DNA from: Alphaproteobacteria bacterium
Lineage (GTDB): Bacteria; Pseudomonadota; Alphaproteobacteria; Caulobacterales; Maricaulaceae
Direction of reading: 5' to 3'
DNA length: 62,487 nt
NCBI GenBank assembly: GCA_024278915.1
Contig: JAJRSG010000231.1
Coordinates: 1 to 62,487 of the forward strand
Under the pieces are notes generated by a model. It was given only the letters and a program-made list of their open reading frames with translations, did no database searches and was not told the DNA's origin. Below are positions 49,244-57,301 of the stretch, piece by piece. Made by a program: the position numbers and the translations under genes. Within the stretch, counting starts at the first letter, position 1. Each line of letters starts with the position of its first letter.

Positions 49244-50328
49244 TGCGTATTATTAAACATTATTCCTACCTTATTATTACTCTCGGTGTGATGTTTGCAG
49301 TAACTGGATGCAATTCAACGCCAAAAGTTACGAAGCCCGATGACTTGCAGTTGGTGTGGCCACTGCCGCCCAGTGAACCGCGTTTCTTTTTTGAAGGAAC
49401 AGTCCGTAGCAGTGCGGACATAATTGAGGAAACGGCTACCGAAAAATTCCAGCGCTTAGCAACGGGTGGGACATTTGCAGGCAAGGCAATGCAGAAACCA
49501 TTTGGTATCGTAGTCAAAAACGGAGTTGTTTATATCTCCGATACCGCAGCACGGAGAATTAGCGTTTACGATATTGATCGTAAACGCTACGAAGAATTCG
49601 GTACCGAAGGTGCAGGCAGACTTGCCAAGCCCATGGGCATTGCCCTGGATGAGGCCGGTACATTATATGTCACCGACGTTACGGCACGGCGGATTGTTAA
49701 ATTTGACAGCGAAGGAAACTATCTGGGTTCCATGGGGGATTCAGAACTCCTTACCCGCCCGACGGGCTTGGCAGTGTCGGCTGACGGTAAACGGATTTTT
49801 GTTGTCGATACGGGCGGTGTCGACAGTGATAATCACCGCGTCGTGGTGTTTGATAATCAAGGCGAACACCTGTTTAATATTGGTTCGCGTGGAAGTGAAC
49901 CGGGAGAGTTCAACCTGCCTCTTGGCGCCGTCATCACACCGGATAACACGCTGTTGGTCGTCGATGGCGGCAATTTCCGCGTTCAGGCTTTCTCGTTTGA
50001 TGGCGAGTTCCTATTTCAGATGGGGGCTATTGGCATTCGCTCAGGGCAGTTTGCCCGCCCCAAAGACATCGCCGTCGATCTCGGTGGAAATATTTATGTA
50101 ACCGATGCAGCTTTCGGCAATATCCAGTTATTTAACTCCAAAGGGGAGCTTTTGATGTGGGTCGGTCAACGCTCAACCGTGCCCTTACCCGGGCGCTATA
50201 TGCTGCCCTCGGGGGTCGCCATTGACCAATCAGATGGCCGACTTTACGTTGTCGATCAATTCTTTCGCAAGATGGATATATTCCGCCCCATCGGAACACC
50301 GGAACGGTTCACGAAGCAAACAAATTAA
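49243..50328 (+). CDS. NHL-repeat beta-propeller lipoprotein (third paralogue)
   Basis: The start was moved to ATG 49243 (TAATG overlap with the cytochrome stop), giving lipobox AVTG-C. NHL blades (VYISDTAARRISVY, LYVTDVTARRIVKF, IFVVDTGG, LLVVDGGNFRVQAF, IYVTDAAFGNIQLF, LYVVDQFFRKMDIF). Confidence 0.85.
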   Translation: MRIIKHYSYLIITLGVMFAVTGCNSTPKVTKPDDLQLVWPLPPSEPRFFFEGTVRSSADIIEETATEKFQRLATGGTFAGKAMQKPFGIVVKNGVVYISDTAARRISVYDIDRKRYEEFGTEGAGRLAKPMGIALDEAGTLYVTDVTARRIVKFDSEGNYLGSMGDSELLTRPTGLAVSADGKRIFVVDTGGVDSDNHRVVVFDNQGEHLFNIGSRGSEPGEFNLPLGAVITPDNTLLVVDGGNFRVQAFSFDGEFLFQMGAIGIRSGQFARPKDIAVDLGGNIYVTDAAFGNIQLFNSKGELLMWVGQRSTVPLPGRYMLPSGVAIDQSDGRLYVVDQFFRKMDIFRPIGTPERFTKQTN

Positions 50329-50370
50329 TAATTAAACCGTCACAACGGCTGAAATTGATCGAGACCAGGG

Positions 50371-50402
50371 AACGAGAGAAGAGAACCTTCTCTCGTTTTT
50401 TG
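50371..50402 (+). terminator. Rho-independent terminator
   Basis: 11-bp perfect stem aacgagagaag/cttctctcgtt with a 5-nt loop, running into TTTTTT. Confidence 0.75.
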
Positions 50403-50429
50403 TGCCTTCATCAGGATCTGTCACCAGAT

Positions 50430-50453
50430 TCCAGGTCCAGGTCCAGGTCCAGG
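50430..50453. repeat. Hexanucleotide tandem repeat (TCCAGG)x4
   Basis: Four perfect head-to-tail copies, 135-158 bp upstream of the sigma-54 -24 element at 50588. Confidence 0.9.
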
Positions 50454-50587
50454 GGGAAGCTAAAATGTTGCCAGGAAGTATCCGGCAGATTTCTCATTTT
50501 TGGGAATTTAAAACTTCAAAATATCCAAACTTGATAATTAAAAATAGCAAAAACTTGTAACCCATTGAAATTTAACGATTTTATTTT

Positions 50588-50603
50588 TGGCACGCTTTCT
50601 GCT
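50588..50603 (+). promoter_or_regulatory. Sigma-54 (-24/-12) promoter
   Basis: TGGCACGctttcTGCT with exact GG/GC spacing. It lies 85 nt upstream of ATG 50688. Confidence 0.7.
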
Positions 50604-50687
50604 TATGTTAACGCATAACTTTCATCAATTGCTTTAGATAGTTTGCTAAATCGGGCAGTTGCAGACTCTACCAGAGGGAATAATACT

Positions 50688-51500
50688 ATGAAAACCATAT
50701 TCAAAAATTCAAGTATACGCTTGGTGATGTCAGTTGCATTAATCATAACCGGTGTTCTTGGTGTCACGTTTGCTTCTCCGAGTGCTGCACAGGATATCAG
50801 CACAACCAAGCATAACCTTGGCTCTTCGGGCACGGGTGCAAACAATACGGCAACAACGGGCGAAATCTGCGTCTTCTGTCATACGCCTCACGGTTCCGAT
50901 ACAAGTGCTGCTGTCCCACTTTGGAACAGGACCTTGTCTCTTCCAGGGGCCTACACGACCTATGATAATCTTGGCACAGTTTCACTCGATGCAGAGATAC
51001 TGCCTGTCGGTTCCGTATCGCTTGCTTGCTTGTCCTGCCACGATGGCACCCAGGCTATGGATGCAATGATCAATGAACCGGGATCTGGTTTCAATTCCAT
51101 CGGATCATTTGATTGGACCGGAAGTACGAATATGAACACGGTTACCGGTAAGTTGACGGGTGATGCCGCCCTGGGCGTTGACCTGCAGAACGATCACCCC
51201 GTTGGCGTTCAGTTCGCCGGTATCGCTACTGGTGTATTCACAACGGCTATCGATGGCGATTTCAATTCTGCGTCACGCGTTGGAACGACTGACAGGTGGT
51301 ACGTTGAAACCGGCGGAGTCACAGGTAAAGATAAAACCGACTTGATGCTCTATACCCGTGACAATTCGGCCGGTGGTGGTGGCGCAGCCGAACCGTTCGT
51401 TGAATGTGCAACCTGTCATGATCCACACTCAAACAATGCTGTTTTCCTGCGGATTTCAAATTCAGGCAGTGGCGTATGCCTTGCATGTCATAACAAGTAA
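50688..51500 (+). CDS. Secreted tetrahaem c-type cytochrome
   Basis: The start was moved to ATG 50688 (gaggga RBS; signal peptide ...SPSAA/QD). CVFCH, CLSCH, CATCH and CLACH motifs. The protein ends ...CLACHNK*. Confidence 0.9.
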   Translation: MKTIFKNSSIRLVMSVALIITGVLGVTFASPSAAQDISTTKHNLGSSGTGANNTATTGEICVFCHTPHGSDTSAAVPLWNRTLSLPGAYTTYDNLGTVSLDAEILPVGSVSLACLSCHDGTQAMDAMINEPGSGFNSIGSFDWTGSTNMNTVTGKLTGDAALGVDLQNDHPVGVQFAGIATGVFTTAIDGDFNSASRVGTTDRWYVETGGVTGKDKTDLMLYTRDNSAGGGGAAEPFVECATCHDPHSNNAVFLRISNSGSGVCLACHNK

Positions 51501-51543
51501 TCCGATAACAATTTTTTATAGAACTACCCTATAAGTCTGAATA

Positions 51544-51579
51544 AATTAAGGTAGTTCCCCATAGGGAGCTACCTTAATT
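51544..51579. terminator. Strong hairpin downstream of the tetrahaem cytochrome gene (terminator-like, no clear T-tail)
   Basis: aattaaggtag (51544-51554) pairs perfectly with ctaccttaatt (51569-51579), with additional inner pairing. Confidence 0.4.
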
Positions 51580-51765
51580 ACGTCTTAAACAAATACTTTT
51601 TCTACGAAACAATACGATCAAATGCATTGCCATCGTTGATTTGCCAATACACTTCATCGATATCCGGTTCTGGTTCTGTAGCAATTGTCCGGATATATTT
51701 ATCAAATGAAGACAACCGAACTAGATAAATTAATCAGGCACAAATGGGAATAGAGAATTAATTTT

Positions 51766-54729
51766 ATGCACCGTATATTTTCCAGTATATTTTCAATTGT
51801 CATTGCCGGACTAATTCTTTTTGCGGCTTACGGCTATAGCACCTCAGCCCTGAACATTGAAAAATCAGATGAAAGACTGCATATATTAGAGCAGGCAACG
51901 CTTGCCAGTCTGAGCCTGCACTCTGCTCTGATTGCCCGTCTGCAACTGGTCAAGGGTCTTGTCGGCCTAAGAAAATCCCATTCCAATATTGATGACGAAT
52001 TTTATGATTTTTCTCATGAACTGGCCATGTCGCAGGACGGCGTGCTTAGTCTGCAATATGCAAAAAATGGCATCGTTTCCCACGTTTACCCACGTGATGG
52101 GAACGAAAAAATTATCGGCCATAATCTTCTGAAAGATCAGAAGCGCAATGGCGCTGTCATACGTGGTATTTTAAGTCAGGAGTTTGTTATTGCCGGACCG
52201 CTGGACCTGATCCAGGGGGGGCGTGCAATTATCGGACGCTATCCAATTTTCCTAACCCCCCCCTTACCCGGTAAGGAAATGGAATCGTTTTGGGGATTTG
52301 CAATTATTATAATTGATGTCAGCTCCTTGTTCGATGAAAGCGGTATAACAGAGCTTGCAGATAAAGTTCAACTCTCCATACGTGGCATCGATGGTCTAGG
52401 CAAAGATGGAGCAGTATTTTTTGGTAATCAGGGCGTATTCGATCAAGATCCTGTTCTGATCAACGTGCAAATTCCCAATGGCTCATGGCAGATGGCAATC
52501 ACCCCGATCGGAGGGTGGATGGTAACAGTCCCACAGCGAAATGTTATCCTGGCTATCGGCATCTTGATTGCAGCTCTTTCTGGTATTCTGGCATTCGTTT
52601 TTTTAGAACGATCTGCCGTTCTGGAAAAGAAAGTAAAGCAAGCAACCAAGAGCTTAAGGAAAAGCCATGCTGAATACCGCAAGATTCTGGACGGCATCAA
52701 GAATGAATACTTCATTTACCAACATGATTTGAATAATGTTTATACCTATCTGAGCCCCAGCATCACAAACCTGCTCGGATATTCTACCAGTGAGCTTTTA
52801 AACACGCAACAATCGCTCATGTCAGACCATCCTGACAATGTTGATATATTTGAAATAATGGGTAGGGTCTCATCAAACGCCGGTTCACAATCGTTTTCCG
52901 TTGTTTTGAAACATGCTGATGGTACGGACAGAGACTTCGAAATTCTCGAATTTCCCACATTCTCTGAAACCAAAGAGATAACCGGTATTCAAGGGATTGC
53001 CAGGGACGTTACCGATAAACGCGAGTCACAAGTCCGTCAAATGCGCGCCCAGGCGATGTTCGAAAACACAGATGAAGCCATCCTCATTTCAAATTCAGTA
53101 AATGAAATCATTTCTGTTAATCCAGCATTTATGAGAATTACAGGCTACACGGAAGAAGAAATTCTTGGTAAATCCCCATCAATATTAAGTTCACAACGTC
53201 AGGGAAAAGAGTTTTACAAAACTATGTGGGAATCCATCCGGGATACCGGTTCGTGGAATGGAGAAATCTGGAACCGACGTAAAAATGGCGACTTCTTCCC
53301 CGAATGGCTGTCAATTTCGACCATCAAGGACGATAAAAATAAAACGCTTAACTACATCGCTATTTTCCGGGATATTTCCAAACAAATATTTGATGCTGAT
53401 CTCATACAGAAACAGACAACAACTGATGCGTTGACGGGGTTACCCAATCGCATTTTATTTATGGATCGGTTATCACAATTAATCGAATCTTATGAACGCG
53501 ATACAAATCAGTTTGCCATCCTTCATGTAGATATTGATAATTTTAAACTTGTTAACGAGACCCGGGGCCATTCGGTCGGCGACAAACTTTTGATCGAAGT
53601 CAGCAAGCGCCTGAAATCCGATATTCGTAAAAGCGATACGGTATGCAGACTTGGTAGCGATGAATTTGTTATTCTGCTGCGTGGAATTCATGACGTGTCA
53701 ATCCCGGTTCAAATTGCCGAAAAGATCATCAAATCTTGTTCAGAAGTTTTTTTCCCCGGCGATGAAGAAATGTTTATATCATGCAGTATCGGGGTTGCCA
53801 TGTATCCGGTTGATGACCGGAATTCCATCGATCTGATGGCCCATGCCAATATGGCCATGTACAGGGCTAAGGAACTGGGCCGTAACAATTTTCAATTCTT
53901 TTCAATTGACATGGCTGAGCGTATTCAGAACGTGTCAAACTTGAAAACCAAAATGCGCAAGGCAATTGCCAACAGTGAATTTGAAGCATTTTATCAACCG
54001 ATTGTTTCCTGCAAGAGCGGTAAAATAGAAAAAGCCGAAGCCCTGGTCCGTTGGATTGGTTCTGACCAAAAATTAATATTTCCCGATGAATTCATCCCCG
54101 TTGCTGAAGATGCCGGGCTGATTGTACCAATCGGAGCGCAAATGTTGAAACAAGTGTGTAATGATTTGCCAGAATTTCAGTCGACCAGCCGCTTTTTAGA
54201 ATCCGTATCGCTAAATTGTTCGATCAGGGAGCTCAAAGAGGCTAATTATGTCGAAAATTTTATGAACACAATACACTCGGCAAATATTGACATCGACTTA
54301 TTGGTACTTGAGATTACAGAGAGCTTGTTCATGGACGTACACGAAACCGTCGTACCCACGAATATTCGGGCCTTCAAGAATATAGGCCTTAAAACAGCCT
54401 TGGATGATTTTGGCACGGGGTATTCTTCTTTAGGCTACCTGCAAAAATTTCCGACAGAATTCCTGAAAATTGATAAATCCTTTGTCCAGGATTTTGAGAC
54501 CAATGCAGCTAACAAACGTCTGGTTAATACCATTATTAAAATGGCCCATGGCTTTCATATGAAAACCATTGCGGAAGGGGTGGAAACCGAATCCCAATTG
54601 AGCCTGTTAAAGGCCATGGGTTGTGATTATATCCAAGGATATTTGATAAGCCGCCCGGTACGGAAAAAAGAATTCATTGGCTTGCTTGAGTGGGATAATA
54701 AAAATGATCTTTTTGCAAAGGCTGTATAG
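51766..54729 (+). CDS. Membrane sensor protein: periplasmic domain-PAS-PAS-GGDEF(degenerate)-EAL
   Basis: Two TM segments flank a ~240-aa periplasmic region (CHASE-like, uncertain). Two PAS regions follow. The GGDEF domain has an RLGSDEFVILL site (GSDEF, not GG[D/E]EF). The EAL domain has EALVRW, DDFGTGYSSL and KIDKSF motifs. Confidence 0.85.
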   Translation: MHRIFSSIFSIVIAGLILFAAYGYSTSALNIEKSDERLHILEQATLASLSLHSALIARLQLVKGLVGLRKSHSNIDDEFYDFSHELAMSQDGVLSLQYAKNGIVSHVYPRDGNEKIIGHNLLKDQKRNGAVIRGILSQEFVIAGPLDLIQGGRAIIGRYPIFLTPPLPGKEMESFWGFAIIIIDVSSLFDESGITELADKVQLSIRGIDGLGKDGAVFFGNQGVFDQDPVLINVQIPNGSWQMAITPIGGWMVTVPQRNVILAIGILIAALSGILAFVFLERSAVLEKKVKQATKSLRKSHAEYRKILDGIKNEYFIYQHDLNNVYTYLSPSITNLLGYSTSELLNTQQSLMSDHPDNVDIFEIMGRVSSNAGSQSFSVVLKHADGTDRDFEILEFPTFSETKEITGIQGIARDVTDKRESQVRQMRAQAMFENTDEAILISNSVNEIISVNPAFMRITGYTEEEILGKSPSILSSQRQGKEFYKTMWESIRDTGSWNGEIWNRRKNGDFFPEWLSISTIKDDKNKTLNYIAIFRDISKQIFDADLIQKQTTTDALTGLPNRILFMDRLSQLIESYERDTNQFAILHVDIDNFKLVNETRGHSVGDKLLIEVSKRLKSDIRKSDTVCRLGSDEFVILLRGIHDVSIPVQIAEKIIKSCSEVFFPGDEEMFISCSIGVAMYPVDDRNSIDLMAHANMAMYRAKELGRNNFQFFSIDMAERIQNVSNLKTKMRKAIANSEFEAFYQPIVSCKSGKIEKAEALVRWIGSDQKLIFPDEFIPVAEDAGLIVPIGAQMLKQVCNDLPEFQSTSRFLESVSLNCSIRELKEANYVENFMNTIHSANIDIDLLVLEITESLFMDVHETVVPTNIRAFKNIGLKTALDDFGTGYSSLGYLQKFPTEFLKIDKSFVQDFETNAANKRLVNTIIKMAHGFHMKTIAEGVETESQLSLLKAMGCDYIQGYLISRPVRKKEFIGLLEWDNKNDLFAKAV

Positions 54730-54952
54730 ATTTATCCAGATGTTTGCCTTAAACCCATTGGTGATACATAAGCATAAAAGAGTTTAAAGGTTAAGGAAGA
54801 TCAAGTTCCTTACGGTTAATTTTATGGATGATATTAAAGCAAATTATGTAATAATTAGATACTATAATGAGCACGGCAAGGTCGATTAAAATAATATTGA
54901 TAAGTTAATACGGGCTCCACCACGCCCAATATTGCAGAGAAAGAATACTCAT

Positions 54953-56059
54953 ATGTTTGTACGATTAATAAATAGTCATCTTCAGGGAGCGAGAATCTTT
55001 ATTGCTTGCTTTATTTCTATTTTAATCTTCGCCGCGCCATTGAGCGCACAGAATGCTGCGCCAGAACAGACAACTGCACAGAAACAGAACTCACTACCGG
55101 ACTATATGGCAATAATCGATGGTGAAGAAATCCTCTGGCTTGACTATATTGATGCCTTTAATACAGCCGCCAGAAAAACCTTTTACCATGGGGAAGTATC
55201 GCAACAGCGCCAGCTTGATCTTCAAATTTCCATTTCAAATGACATGATTGAAAAACAATTGGTTGTTAATGAGGCTGTACGTCGCAATATAGCTATTGAT
55301 GAGACGATCATTGACCAGCGTCTGGAAGATTTTGATAAGGAAAACAGTACGAGTGAATCATGGGCATCTCACCGCGAAGCCGTGTTGGAATCTTTGCGAA
55401 AGAAAATGCTCAACAATATTCTGGAACAGGCCCTGGAGACAGAAATTCGTAAAGTTGATGAGCCGAAAGAGGAAGAACTGCGATCTTTTTATACTGAAAA
55501 TATCGACATGTTCACCGAGCCTACGCAGGAACGCGTTGGTGTGATTTTGCTTGGTGTTGAACCTTCTGCTTTATCCAGCGTGTGGGCGGCGGCGAATGAA
55601 GAAGCCAAGAGAATTAGAGGCTGGTTACTCGATGGTGCTGAGTTTGCGAAACTTGCAAAGCTTCATTCAACCGAAGAATCCAGTGAGAATAGCGGAGATA
55701 TGGGATATCTGCACCGGGGTATGCTTTCCGAATCGGCCCAGACCGCCGTTGATAAGTTATCTATTGGTGAGATTTCAGAAGTCGTGCAACTACTTCAAGG
55801 ACCTGCCCTGTTCAAACTTTATGACAGACGCCCGTCGGTAGTAATTCCTTATGAGGACGCACGAGAAAAAAGTGCAGATTTATATGTGCGAAATAAAACC
55901 GAAACCCAGTGGGAAGAATTTATCTCCTCACAATTGATTTCCGCATCTATAGAATATCATCCGAAGATTCTTGAAATGCAACAAAACCTGAAAGCCTTGA
56001 ATGCCGAAGAAGCAAAAAAACAACAGGAACGCGAAGCAACCGCTGAACCTGCTCAATAG
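54953..56059 (+). CDS. Periplasmic parvulin-type peptidyl-prolyl isomerase / SurA-PpiD-like chaperone
   Basis: Signal/anchor sequence and a PpiC-type rotamase block (VGVILLGVEP...GDMGYLHRGML...GEISEVVQLLQGPALFKL). ATG 54953 is preferred to TTG 54932. Confidence 0.75.
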   Translation: MFVRLINSHLQGARIFIACFISILIFAAPLSAQNAAPEQTTAQKQNSLPDYMAIIDGEEILWLDYIDAFNTAARKTFYHGEVSQQRQLDLQISISNDMIEKQLVVNEAVRRNIAIDETIIDQRLEDFDKENSTSESWASHREAVLESLRKKMLNNILEQALETEIRKVDEPKEEELRSFYTENIDMFTEPTQERVGVILLGVEPSALSSVWAAANEEAKRIRGWLLDGAEFAKLAKLHSTEESSENSGDMGYLHRGMLSESAQTAVDKLSIGEISEVVQLLQGPALFKLYDRRPSVVIPYEDAREKSADLYVRNKTETQWEEFISSQLISASIEYHPKILEMQQNLKALNAEEAKKQQEREATAEPAQ

Positions 56060-56069
56060 GATAAAATTG

Positions 56070-57299
56070 ATGAATTATACGTTGGCGAAACCACAGGACA
56101 CTGTGATTTATTCTACGCCAGTTTTTTCCCCGCGCCTTCGCCTCGGTTTTGTAAAGATCGTTTGTAAAGCCGTTATTATTCTAGCGGCCGTTGTATTACC
56201 GGCAACTGGTTTTTCAGGGAACGTCCAGGGTGCAATCACCTCATCGGGGAACGGTCTATCTGCCGGCAAAAATATTTATATTGAGCTTTGCCAGTCCTGT
56301 CATGGTGTGCCTCGTGGTTCCGAGCATATTGCTGCCTCTGGTAACCTTGTGCATGAGCAAGAACATGAACAAAAAAAAGAACATGCACTCGGTGAAGACC
56401 ATGATGAAGAAGAGGCAACGCCACCCAAAATAATTATGGAACTGGCTGTCATTGCCTCCGATCTGACCAAAGATCGTTTACATGCATCCATCAGGAAGCC
56501 CCATCCGGAAGGGCAGCAAAACTGGCAATTGGATCCCGACGAGATGAACGATTTGATTGCCTATGTCATGGAAGAGTTTATTAATCCGTCAATGGTCAAA
56601 GACCTGTCGATCGGACGGTCAGTTTTTTCGAAAACCTGTAGTGTTTGTCATGGCGAGTCCGGCAATGCGTCGTCATGGGCACAAAAAAGTTTAAACCCAC
56701 CGCCATTTGATTTCACATCCTATCAGGCAAAAAAGTTATCCAAACGGCACATGGTTAACACCGTCACATATGGTGTGGATAGAACGGCGATGATGGGCTT
56801 TGCCATTCAACTCAGCCAGGAAGAAATCGTTGCGGTCGTTGATTTTATCCGTCAGGAATTTATTTTCCCCAACCTGGTGGTTCAAGATCGCATCGATGAC
56901 CATTCCAGCCATCCCGGGTTGGATATAGAACACGATGTTGTTGTAGATGATATCAAAACCTCTAGTTATATGAGTTTGCCGTTTAATGGTGGCCTGGTTG
57001 GTAATCATTTGAATGGGCAAAAGCTATATGATGAAAACTGTTTAGCATGTCACGGCAAAGAAGGTATGGGGGACGGCCCAAGGGCTTATTTTATTTTCCC
57101 CAGACCGCAGGACCTGAACAGTAAACGAGCCCAGGCCGAATTAAACCGGCCCCACCTTTACACTGGTATATCAGCCGGAATTGAAGGTACGGTAATGCCT
57201 GCATGGTCAAAGGTTCTGACCGAACAGGAAATCGCTGATATTGCCGAATATGTGTACATTTCTTTCAGTGGAAAGTCGGGAACACTAAAAAAAAACTAA
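56070..57299 (+). CDS. Three-domain class I cytochrome c (3 haems); probably the N-terminal part of a longer frameshifted gene
   Basis: CQSCHGV, CSVCHGESG and CLACHGKEG motifs, each in a class I domain with a downstream Met ligand context. The reading frame stops 1 codon after an A9 run. ATG 56070 is preferred to 56001. Confidence 0.8.
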   Translation: MNYTLAKPQDTVIYSTPVFSPRLRLGFVKIVCKAVIILAAVVLPATGFSGNVQGAITSSGNGLSAGKNIYIELCQSCHGVPRGSEHIAASGNLVHEQEHEQKKEHALGEDHDEEEATPPKIIMELAVIASDLTKDRLHASIRKPHPEGQQNWQLDPDEMNDLIAYVMEEFINPSMVKDLSIGRSVFSKTCSVCHGESGNASSWAQKSLNPPPFDFTSYQAKKLSKRHMVNTVTYGVDRTAMMGFAIQLSQEEIVAVVDFIRQEFIFPNLVVQDRIDDHSSHPGLDIEHDVVVDDIKTSSYMSLPFNGGLVGNHLNGQKLYDENCLACHGKEGMGDGPRAYFIFPRPQDLNSKRAQAELNRPHLYTGISAGIEGTVMPAWSKVLTEQEIADIAEYVYISFSGKSGTLKKN

Positions 57300-57301
57300 C
57301 G

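Noticed and set aside
49526-50101. Long alternative-frame and antisense ORFs inside confidently called genes (e.g. 49526..50101, 35186..35659, 4219..4704, 9952..10455, 15959..16381)
   Set aside because: They lie entirely within genes that have strong family motifs in another frame, and they have no motifs of their own. They are shadow ORFs.
50430-50453. The tandem repeat considered as a possible CRISPR or coding repeat
   Set aside because: The units are 6 bp and contiguous with no spacers, and the array is intergenic. It is a microsatellite, not a CRISPR array. I saw no CRISPR-like arrays anywhere in the window.
54759-54774. Weak sigma-54-like motif TGGTGAtacataaGCA upstream of the PPIase gene
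   Set aside because: The spacing is correct, but both boxes are poor (TGGTGA, AAGCA). It is not distinguishable from chance in an AT-rich intergenic region.
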